Of a stretch of 50,377 bases of DNA, positions 26,902-34,660 are shown piece by piece. Under the pieces are notes generated by a model. The model saw nothing but the letters and a program-made list of their open reading frames with translations, had not been told where the DNA came from and did not search any database. Position 1 is the first letter of the stretch. Each line of letters starts with the position of its first letter. Location of the stretch: assembly GCA_903877395.1 (NCBI GenBank), contig CAIRDU010000254.1, positions 1 through 50,377 on the forward strand. Reading direction: 5' to 3'. This DNA is from an uncultured Planctomycetaceae bacterium. GTDB taxonomy: Bacteria > Planctomycetota > Planctomycetia > Pirellulales > UBA1268. The position numbers were made by a program, and so were the translations under genes.

Positions 26902-28412
26902 TCGATACCGGCCACCCAAACGGCCCTGCAACCGACCGCCATTGTTGCGCGCTGCTAGTCGCGGCGGAGATCGCTCTGTGCGCCATCGCGATCCTTGTGC
27001 TGTCGATCTGTATTCCAGCCCGCGAGGCAGCAGCCCAAAGAATTGCAAACCAGTTCAACGATGGTGCCGCCGGCGCGACACAGGGCCCGGCCACCGCAAC
27101 TCAGATGGGGCCAGGCGGCACAGCCACGACCAATCTTGTGCCTCACATTCCAAAGACAATCTCGCGGCCCGAAGGCTGGCCTGGCGTCAAAAACTCTGCG
27201 AAACAAAATGACTTCAAGAGTATCGACAACCATGTGCTCTCCAGCATCCGCGCCCAACCTGGCAGCCCATTCACGCCCCTTGCCAAGACACACGACGCCA
27301 GCGGCAAAGCTGAGCCCGTTGCCGATGGCGTCGTTCAGGCGCAGTTCACGGAACCGTTGGCCGCGGCTAGCGGGCCTCATGAAATCCCCGGTGCGCAGTC
27401 GCTTGAGACAGCGATGATCGTGGCCCGCGTTGGATCCGAGGTGGTCCTGGAGGGCGATCTGCTCACGCCCAGCGCCCTAGCGTGGCTGGCAAAGGTTTCT
27501 CCCGGACTCAAGCCCGAACAGGTGCGAGAACTCAAAGTACAGATCTGCAAGCAGGTACTTCCGCAGCACGTCGAATCGCTCATCGTCTACGTCGATGCCT
27601 GCCGCACGATCCCTGTAGATCGGCTACCGGAAATCGAAAAAAAGGTCAACGAAGCTTTCGATCAGCAGCAGTTGCCACGCCTCGTCAAAGATGCCGGCGT
27701 GGCCACTGCCGCAGAGTACGAACAACTCCTGCGGTCGCGAGGCCAGTCGCTCGACCACATTCGCAAGACCTACTTCGAGCGGGCGCTGGCCCAGCAGTGG
27801 ATTCAACAAAAGGTAACCAGCGACGAGGAGATCCCCCATGCCGAGATGATCGCTTCCTATCAGAATCGTCTGGCAGAGTATGACTTTCCGGCAAAAGTGC
27901 GGTTTGAGCAACTCACCATCCGCATCACGCCTACGCGTTCGCGGGAACAGGCCTGGCAGTTCTTGGCCACACTTGGCAACGACGTGCTTGAAGGCAAGCC
28001 CTTTGGGGATATTGCCCGCACGCGATCCGAGGGGCCAACGGCCTCCCTTGGGGGAACCTACGATTGGACAACGCAGGGCAGCCTCGTTTCGAAGGTGATC
28101 GATGAGGCTGTTTTCACGCTGCCGATCGGCGAACTCAGCGCCATTTTAGACGACGGCCAGGCCGTGCATATCGTGCGCGTCAGCGAGCGTACCGCTGCCG
28201 GGCGAACACCTTTTATCGAGGCCCAGGTGGGTATCAAAGAAGCCTTAATACTGGAACGTCGCAAGCGAGAGATGGATGCCTACCTTGCAAAACTGAAGGA
28301 TCGCACGCCAGTCTGGACAATCTTCGATAACGGCCCCGATGCCGACTCCCCTAGCGATGATCGCTCTACCGCGACCGCCCGCAACGACCCCCAAGACCGC
28401 CTGTCTCGCTGA
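26898..28412 (+). CDS. Membrane-anchored/periplasmic peptidyl-prolyl cis-trans isomerase (parvulin, SurA/PpiD-like)
   Basis: The N-terminal hydrophobic anchor is CCALLVAAEIALCAIAILVLSICI. The C-terminal parvulin-like segment is FGDIARTRSEGPTASLGGTYDWTTQGSLVSKVIDEAVFTLPIGELSAILDDGQAVHIVRV. The ATG overlaps the mfd stop in an ATGA arrangement. Confidence 0.78.
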   Translation: MIDTGHPNGPATDRHCCALLVAAEIALCAIAILVLSICIPAREAAAQRIANQFNDGAAGATQGPATATQMGPGGTATTNLVPHIPKTISRPEGWPGVKNSAKQNDFKSIDNHVLSSIRAQPGSPFTPLAKTHDASGKAEPVADGVVQAQFTEPLAAASGPHEIPGAQSLETAMIVARVGSEVVLEGDLLTPSALAWLAKVSPGLKPEQVRELKVQICKQVLPQHVESLIVYVDACRTIPVDRLPEIEKKVNEAFDQQQLPRLVKDAGVATAAEYEQLLRSRGQSLDHIRKTYFERALAQQWIQQKVTSDEEIPHAEMIASYQNRLAEYDFPAKVRFEQLTIRITPTRSREQAWQFLATLGNDVLEGKPFGDIARTRSEGPTASLGGTYDWTTQGSLVSKVIDEAVFTLPIGELSAILDDGQAVHIVRVSERTAAGRTPFIEAQVGIKEALILERRKREMDAYLAKLKDRTPVWTIFDNGPDADSPSDDRSTATARNDPQDRLSR

Positions 28413-28566
28413 GGCGCAGGCGGCGAACGGGCCGGCTAGTGGCGCGCGTTTGCCGACCGCTCTCTTGCGGGATAGACTGCGACCCCGGAATCTTTTTTTC
28501 AGAAGATTCGTTATTCTTGAGACGCGATGTGTGCCGTCTCCAGACAGCACACGAGGAGGACGAACC

Positions 28567-29910
28567 ATGAGCGTCACAACCGAACGAACTGCTGCGGCCA
28601 GCCCTTTCCCTGGCACAACGCAGGCAGGTGTAGCCCGACTGGAAATCGACGGCCGCACGGTCGAACTGCCCATCATCGTGGGTACGGAGCAGGAACGCGC
28701 CATCGACATCTCCAAACTGCGAGCCCAAGCCGGTGCCATCACACTCGACGAGGGCTATGTCAACACAGGCTCAACGACCAGTTCGATCACGTTCCTAGAT
28801 GGCGAGAAGGGGATCCTACGGTACCGCGGCTACCCCATCGAGGTGCTGGCTGAGAAGTGCGATTTTGTGGAGGTGAGCTACCTCTTGATCTATGGCAAGC
28901 TCCCGACCCTCGATGAACTCAACGGCTTTCGCAAATCGCTCTCGCACCACACGATGATCCACGAGGACATGCGCAGCTTCTACGGCGGCTTCCCTCGCGA
29001 TGCCCACCCAATGGCCACGCTGGGCAGTGTTGTCGGTGCACTTTCGACCTTTTATCAAGATTCGCTTGAGGTGCGCGACCCGCGGCAGGTAGAAGTGAGC
29101 GTTCACAGGCTCATGGCAAAGCTGCCCACCATTGCGGCTTATAGCTACAAGAAATCGATCGGCCAGCCGCTCATCTATCCACGAAACGATCTCTCGTATT
29201 GCGAAAACTTCCTGCAAATGATGTTCGCGGTGCCCTGCGAGGAATATCGCATTGATCCCGACTTTGCCGAGGCACTCGACATGCTCCTGATCGTGCACGC
29301 CGACCATGAACAAAACTGTTCGACATCGACGGTACGGATGGTAGGGTCCAGCGATGCCAACCTGTTTGCGAGTATTTCCGCAGGCATCTGCGCACTGTGG
29401 GGGCCGCTGCACGGCGGTGCCAATCAGGCCTGCGTGGAGATGCTCGAAAAAATCGGCGCCGATGGCGGCAATGTGAAAAAGTATGTCGAGCTGGCAAAGA
29501 AAAAAGACTCCGGCCACAGGCTCATGGGCTTTGGTCACCGCGTCTATAAAAACTACGATCCCCGCGCCCGCCTCATTAAAGCAACCTGCGACAAACTGCT
29601 GGCCAAGATTGCCCGGCACGACCCGATTTTCGATATTGCCCAGCAACTAGAGGAAGTAGCGCTCGCCGATGATTACTTTATCGAACGCAAGCTCTATCCC
29701 AACGTCGATTTCTACTCTGGCGTGATCTATCGTGCGATGGGTATTCCGGTGCAGATGTTCACCGTGCTTTTCGCCATGGGTCGCCTGCCCGGCTGGATTG
29801 CCCATTGGATCGAGATGCATCACTCCCAAACCCAGAAAATCTGCCGTCCACGGCAGGTCTACACTGGCGAAACGCTCCGCAACTTTGAGCCGATGAGAGA
29901 TCGCAGCTAG
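28567..29910 (+). CDS. gltA: Citrate synthase (type II, hexameric-type length)
   Basis: Signature segments HADHEQNCSTS and GFGHRVYKNYDPRA are present. The start was set at ATG 28567 (MSVTTERT...), preceded by a strong RBS GAGGAGGA. The 76 upstream codons of the track ORF overlap the PPIase gene. Confidence 0.93.
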   Translation: MSVTTERTAAASPFPGTTQAGVARLEIDGRTVELPIIVGTEQERAIDISKLRAQAGAITLDEGYVNTGSTTSSITFLDGEKGILRYRGYPIEVLAEKCDFVEVSYLLIYGKLPTLDELNGFRKSLSHHTMIHEDMRSFYGGFPRDAHPMATLGSVVGALSTFYQDSLEVRDPRQVEVSVHRLMAKLPTIAAYSYKKSIGQPLIYPRNDLSYCENFLQMMFAVPCEEYRIDPDFAEALDMLLIVHADHEQNCSTSTVRMVGSSDANLFASISAGICALWGPLHGGANQACVEMLEKIGADGGNVKKYVELAKKKDSGHRLMGFGHRVYKNYDPRARLIKATCDKLLAKIARHDPIFDIAQQLEEVALADDYFIERKLYPNVDFYSGVIYRAMGIPVQMFTVLFAMGRLPGWIAHWIEMHHSQTQKICRPRQVYTGETLRNFEPMRDRS

Positions 29911-29915
29911 CTGCC

Positions 29916-29969
29916 CGTGGATAACGTTATCCATGACCTTTATCCACTTAGTCGCCGCTTCGTGCGGCG
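29916..29969. promoter_or_regulatory. 16-bp perfect palindrome TGGATAACGTTATCCA with three DnaA-box-like 9-mers, followed by a GC hairpin, in the convergent gltA/tadA spacer
   Basis: The palindrome spans 29918-29933. The three boxes are TTATCCACG (29916-29924, minus strand), TTATCCATG (29927-29935) and TTATCCACT (29940-29948). The hairpin is cgccgc-ttcgt-gcggcg at 29953-29969. The element could act as a bidirectional terminator, a protein-binding site, or both. Confidence 0.4.
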
Positions 29970-30010
29970 GCAGACTTGCTCCACAGCCTGCTCCGCCAGC
30001 AACTGCTCTT

Positions 30011-30508
30011 CTACTTGCGATTCTCGTTGCGCTTTTCGCGGAAGAACTCGCTCAAGATCCGGCCGCATTCGTCGGCCATGACATGGCCTGTGTGTTCAAC
30101 GCGGTGATTGAGACGAGGGTCATCGAAAAGACGGTAGAGCGTTTCGACGGCGCCTGCCTTGGGATCCGCCGCGCCCCACACGACCACCGGCACGCGAGCC
30201 TGCAGGATCGCCCCGGCGCACATTGGGCAAGGCTCAAGCGTGACGTAGAGCGTACAGCCCTCCAGTCGCCACGAACCCAAAGCAGCAGCGGCCTGCGTAA
30301 TCGCGATCATCTCGGCGTGGGCCGTGGGGTCTGAGAGTTGCTCCCGTTGGTTATGGGCGGTGGCCACAATGCGGCCAGCAGCGACGATGATTGCCCCTAC
30401 AGGCACCTCGTCTTCAGCGGCAGCAGCACGGGCCTCGTCGATTGCCATCCGCATCCAGCGGTCGTGCAACTGCTCGCCTGGCAGTTCAAATAATTCAATT
30501 CCATCCAC
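30011..30508 (-). CDS. tadA: tRNA adenosine(34) deaminase
   Basis: 165 aa carrying the CDA-fold zinc motifs HAEMIAI and [11 protein letters not shown]. The N-terminus [25 protein letters not shown] is typical of TadA. Confidence 0.9.
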   Translation of the reverse strand: MDGIELFELPGEQLHDRWMRMAIDEARAAAAEDEVPVGAIIVAAGRIVATAHNQREQLSDPTAHAEMIAITQAAAALGSWRLEGCTLYVTLEPCPMCAGAILQARVPVVVWGAADPKAGAVETLYRLFDDPRLNHRVEHTGHVMADECGRILSEFFREKRNENRK

Positions 30509-30717
30509 GATCTATGCTTCCGTTCTTGGAAGCCTCCTTAATTGTCTTGCTAACCAATTGTCTGATACTCCGCAGTCCTACCGCGAGCGAGCCACACCCA
30601 AAGGGCACGTGGCACCGTGAAAACACGCCGTTCAAACGAGCGACTTGGGCCGCTCTCTGGAGTCGGTTAGTATTGTGACTGCCCGACCGCATTTCCACGG
30701 AACGCAAAGGATATTCT

Positions 30718-31332
30718 ATGCCCATGGATTATTACGCACTTGTTCTTCGCTGGGCCCATGTGCTGGCTGCCATCGTCGCCGTCGGCGGGCTGTTCTTCGC
30801 TCGATTTGGCTTACTGCCCGCCCTGCAGACTTTTGACGAAGCCACTCGCAACCGCATCCACGACGCCATCCGAAGCAAGTGGCTGCCGTGGGTGATCGGG
30901 GCAATCTCGATGCTGCTCGTGACTGGTCTCCTGAATTTCTTTCTCTTCAATGCTCGCGTCAAACTCGAGGGCTGGAATGATGGTTTCTGGATGAAAGACA
31001 CCGCCTACCACGCACTGTTTGGCGTGAAATTCCTGCTAGCGATGGCCGTCTTTTACTTTGCAAGCGCGCTGGTTGGTCGCGGTGAAAGCACGCAGTGGAT
31101 TCGAAATAACCGAGCCAAGTGGCTCTCCATAACACTCACCATGGCGGTCACCGCCGTGCTCCTTTCCGGATGGATGCGGCAACTCCACACGGGCCCTAAC
31201 TCCCCGCAAGAACACTCTAGCGGGGTGCAAATCGAGGATATCGAAACAATCGAAAATGACAACCGCTACAAGGGCGACGAGGCTGGGTCTTCATTTCGCG
31301 AAGATGAAAAAGCATCGCCAAAGCCAGAGTGA
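30718..31332 (+). CDS. Hypothetical 4-TM membrane protein (CopD-like/DUF-type) with an acidic C-terminal tail
   Basis: The first helix begins LRWAHVLAAIVAVGGLFFARF and there are four hydrophobic segments in total. The family is not assigned. Confidence 0.6.
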   Translation: MPMDYYALVLRWAHVLAAIVAVGGLFFARFGLLPALQTFDEATRNRIHDAIRSKWLPWVIGAISMLLVTGLLNFFLFNARVKLEGWNDGFWMKDTAYHALFGVKFLLAMAVFYFASALVGRGESTQWIRNNRAKWLSITLTMAVTAVLLSGWMRQLHTGPNSPQEHSSGVQIEDIETIENDNRYKGDEAGSSFREDEKASPKPE

Positions 31333-31522
31333 CAAAGCCTGGAGTTCTGCCGTGGATAAAAAACAGAAGAAGCGAATGGAAGTACTGCACCAAAGGGTCG
31401 CCAAATTGCAGCAGCAATTAGTGGGGGCCAAACAGCAACCCGACGACCCTGCCGACGTGCCGCGGCTGGAGCAAGAACTGGCCGCCACCCATGCAGAGCT
31501 CGTCGCCCTTAAAAATGTCTGA
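31304..31522 (+). CDS. Possible small basic coiled-coil protein
   Basis: The sequence is MKKHRQSQSDKAWSSAVDKKQKKRMEVLHQRVAKLQQQLVGAKQQPDDPADVPRLEQELAATHAELVALKNV. It shows heptad-like periodicity and overlaps the upstream gene by 29 nt. An alternative start is ATG 31376. I recognise no homology. Confidence 0.3.
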   Translation: MKKHRQSQSDKAWSSAVDKKQKKRMEVLHQRVAKLQQQLVGAKQQPDDPADVPRLEQELAATHAELVALKNV

Positions 31523-31664
31523 CCAATGGGGGTTTACCAATCACCGGCCGCGTTGTTGCCTCCGCGTACTGACTGCCAATGACCCAACTCTGATGGCAGC
31601 CTTGTGCATGACGGTGGTGGAAGACATTGATACGCAGCAAGACAATCACAAGGTTTTATGAACA

Positions 31665-32525
31665 ATGGCTTTCGCAGAATTTCTGACCAGATTGCTCGGC
31701 GGCCCTCCGAAGACTGATTTGTGGCATCGCTACGAGCGGCTGCACGAAAGCATCTCGGGCACGATGTCGAATTTCTACAAGGCCAAAGACAAAAAAACTG
31801 GTGCGATCGTCGGCCTCAAAGTACTCGACCCCAAGAAGATTGATCCTATCGAGGGCCGCTACAAGGGACTCGGTAAGCCAGGCGAAGGAGAGATCAGCAC
31901 AAAAATAATCGGCTCCAATACCGTCACGACATTGGAGTGGGGCACAGCCACAGATGGCAGACCGTTCATCGTGCAAGAATTCATCGAAGGCACGCTGCTC
32001 CATGCCCTGCTCTCGGCAAAGAAACCGCTACCCCCACGCCAGCGACTGGATCTGGTGCGGCAGGCAGCCGCTGCAATTGCGACTGTGCATAAGGCCGGCT
32101 TTGTCCACCGCGACATTTGCCCTCGCAACTTTATCCTCACGCCCGATGGCCGGCTTATACTCTTTGACTTCGGCCTCACCGTGCCAGACAAGCCTGTGTT
32201 TTTGCAGCCTGGCAACCGAATCGGCACTCCCAACTACATGGCACCAGAGGTGGTGCGTAGGCGGCAGGCAGACAAGCGAATCGACCTCTTCTCGTTTGGC
32301 ATAACTGCCTACGAAATCTGCACGCTGGATCTTCCGTGGCCCCGAGGCTCAACCGGCAAGGCCGCATTGGCCCACGATACACCGCCGTCGGACATCCGCG
32401 AGCATTGGCCGGAGATTCCAGAGCCGCTCGCCGCAGCTGTGATGGCCTGTCTCAACGCCGAGCCTTCGAAGCGGCCCGCCTCGATAGAAAACTTCCTCGG
32501 ACTGATTGGCAAGGTCGCGATCTAG
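31665..32525 (+). CDS. Stand-alone Ser/Thr protein kinase domain protein (286 aa)
   Basis: Motifs VGLKVL (Lys), HRDICPRNFIL, DFGLTV and GTPNYMAPEV are present. The Gly-rich loop is degenerate (ISGTMSNFYKA). There are no extra domains. Confidence 0.87.
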   Translation: MAFAEFLTRLLGGPPKTDLWHRYERLHESISGTMSNFYKAKDKKTGAIVGLKVLDPKKIDPIEGRYKGLGKPGEGEISTKIIGSNTVTTLEWGTATDGRPFIVQEFIEGTLLHALLSAKKPLPPRQRLDLVRQAAAAIATVHKAGFVHRDICPRNFILTPDGRLILFDFGLTVPDKPVFLQPGNRIGTPNYMAPEVVRRRQADKRIDLFSFGITAYEICTLDLPWPRGSTGKAALAHDTPPSDIREHWPEIPEPLAAAVMACLNAEPSKRPASIENFLGLIGKVAI

Positions 32526-32692
32526 CGAGCCGCACCCCAGAAAACCATTGATTGCAGGCGGGGCTCGGACAGTGCCCTTGAAGCTCCCGCCCGATGCTTT
32601 TAGGCTGTTCTTCGGCCGCTCCCGCACCGTGACGGCGATGGCCAGCCTCGTGACCTTTCTGTGTGACCTTTCTTTTCCAAGGATTCTCTCCG

Positions 32693-32950
32693 ATGACCAT
32701 GGACAAAAGCCTCCGAGTGCGCAAGGGTTCTGCAAGCACCCGTGGAGTGCTCACCCGCGCCGAACGCATCACCAAACTCAAAGAGCAGGAACGCTGGCAA
32801 GATGGCCGCAGCCCACTGGGCCTGCCGAAGGTGCGCGTTTTCAAGATGGCGATGAAGAAAAAGAAAAAGGCCAAGGAAGATGGCGCGGATGCTGCTGCAA
32901 CGCCTGCTGCTTCTGGCAAGGCTGCTGCAACCGCTGCTAAAAAGAAATAG
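32693..32950 (+). CDS. Small basic protein with a Lys/Ala-rich C-terminal tail
   Basis: The sequence is MTMDKSLRVRKGSASTRGVLTRAERITKLKEQERWQDGRSPLGLPKVRVFKMAMKKKKKAKEDGADAAATPAASGKAAATAAKKK. From memory, the first ~50 aa resemble the 'small basic protein' family annotated in Planctomycetota and Verrucomicrobiota. The start was moved from 32663 to ATG 32693. Confidence 0.6.
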   Translation: MTMDKSLRVRKGSASTRGVLTRAERITKLKEQERWQDGRSPLGLPKVRVFKMAMKKKKKAKEDGADAAATPAASGKAAATAAKKK

Positions 32951-33024
32951 GGCGAGTGGGTCACGTTCCCTGCGGGCCTTTTGCTTTTGACAAAAACTCC
33001 TGGGCTATGCCTTCGTAGCGTGGC

Positions 33025-34488
33025 TTAACTGCGGCCGTCGCCACCACATCCAAGGCTCGCCGCAGCTGCTTGACCCGACGCAATCACCTGTGGAATTCCC
33101 ACGCCCTCGTAGGCTGCTCCAGCCAGAGCTAGGCCGCGAACGAACGACAGACGCTCATGAATTTGGGCAATGCGATGCCGATGCCCTATGTGGTATTGGG
33201 GCATCGCATGGCTCCAGCGATCGATCTGCACCAGCCTTGGATCGCCTCGCACACCCAACATGTCTGCAAGCTCCCTGATCACCATCGATGTCAGTTGCGC
33301 ATCGTCGAGTTGTGCTGCCTCTGGGTCTAATGCGCCCCCCACAAACACTCGCAGAAGCACAAAGCCCGGTGGTGCCCGACCCGGAAATTTTTCGCTTAAA
33401 AAACTCACTGCGAGAATCCTGCGGTGCTCTCCACGTGGCACCACCATCCCTGCTGCATCCAGCGGGTGTGCAACATCGCTGCGTGCAAACCCCAGCGAGA
33501 CAATCGCCGATCCGGCATATTCAATGCCTGCCAACGCATCGGCCAGTGGCTTATCCACAGTGGTCAAAAGCGTCGCGGCCGCAGCGGCAGACACAGCCAG
33601 CACCACCCCATCGGCCTGCACTACTGGCCCACCCGATCCGTGCGATGGCGGCAATGCCGACGTCGGCTCAAGAGACACATCCCACCCTCCGTCAATGCGA
33701 CGGGCCAGACGCGTAGCGGAGGCCGTGATCCGACACACGCCAGCCTGATCGAGGTGTTCGCCGAGGCGAAGCGGAAGGGTTTCCATGCCCGAAGCCAACG
33801 TCACAAACTGGCCGTAGCGAGCGCCTGTGGCCTGCTGATCAGCCTTTGTTCCACGCAGTCGCACGCGTTCGCCTGCCCACAGACTGCCACAATGTTGCTC
33901 CATCTCCAGAAACTCTGGGCAGGCTGCCGCCATGCTCAATCGCGCAGGATCGGCAGTCCAGATGCCAGCTACGAGCGGTTGCACAAGCCGCTCAAAAACT
34001 TGGCGTCCAAGGCGGCGCACCGCGAAGTGCTCGAGCGTTTCATCGTCGTACGCATCGCTCACGGCCTGCCTGATCGGCACAAAACGCTCTGCCAGCATGC
34101 GGAGTTTTGCCAGCGGCGAGAGCAGCGATGTCGAAAGGATGCTGCCGATTTGCCCAGGCGCCAGCAGTCGAAAGCCTGCGGGCACGGGGATCGCACGGCC
34201 GGCGTGGTAAATCAGCGCCCGCCGCACTCGTCGATTCACGCCGACCAGTTCGCTTGAGAGGCCCAGTCGCTGGACCATCGCAATCCCTTCGGGCCGCGCC
34301 GCCAGAAAGCTGTCGGCCGATCGCTCCACCAGCCAGCCACCACAACGCACCGTCGCCACCATGCCTCCCAAACGGCCCGATGGCTCGATCAACGTGACTG
34401 ACGCATGGCGAACCAACGATTCCGCAGCAGCCAGCCCGGCTAATCCACCACCAACGACCACAAAGTGCTTCGATCGCGAGGCTTTCAT
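33025..34488 (-). CDS. hemY: HemY-type protoporphyrinogen/coproporphyrinogen III oxidase (FAD-dependent)
   Basis: The N-terminal dinucleotide fold is KHFVVVGGGLAGLAAAE and the length is 487 aa. The C-terminal segment is IDRWSHAMPQYHIGHRHRI...GLALAGAAYEGVGIPQVIASG, which is typical of HemY. Confidence 0.83.
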   Translation of the reverse strand: MKASRSKHFVVVGGGLAGLAAAESLVRHASVTLIEPSGRLGGMVATVRCGGWLVERSADSFLAARPEGIAMVQRLGLSSELVGVNRRVRRALIYHAGRAIPVPAGFRLLAPGQIGSILSTSLLSPLAKLRMLAERFVPIRQAVSDAYDDETLEHFAVRRLGRQVFERLVQPLVAGIWTADPARLSMAAACPEFLEMEQHCGSLWAGERVRLRGTKADQQATGARYGQFVTLASGMETLPLRLGEHLDQAGVCRITASATRLARRIDGGWDVSLEPTSALPPSHGSGGPVVQADGVVLAVSAAAAATLLTTVDKPLADALAGIEYAGSAIVSLGFARSDVAHPLDAAGMVVPRGEHRRILAVSFLSEKFPGRAPPGFVLLRVFVGGALDPEAAQLDDAQLTSMVIRELADMLGVRGDPRLVQIDRWSHAMPQYHIGHRHRIAQIHERLSFVRGLALAGAAYEGVGIPQVIASGQAAAASLGCGGDGRS

Positions 34489-34660
34489 GGAGCTTCTCAG
34501 AAATCAAATGTGGAAAAGGGGCAAGCTAGGAAAGCGACTGCGGGACTTGTCATTCCGCCAATATGGCCTAGACGCGGAAAGGAGGGAAGCCTACGTTCCC
34601 GCCCGGTCCTTGGCCGGTCGACTGACAGGCCAGACCAATTCTATAGAAGGAGAACCTCTC

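Noticed and set aside
28816-29646. 276-aa ORF antisense to citrate synthase
   Set aside because: It lies fully inside gltA, whose signature motifs are unambiguous. The antisense product has no recognisable features.
33551-33559. Perfect DnaA box TTATCCACA inside hemY
   Set aside because: A single isolated 9-mer inside a coding region. By order-of-magnitude estimate, about 0.4 perfect matches are expected by chance in 100 kb of two-strand sequence. It is not clustered with other boxes.
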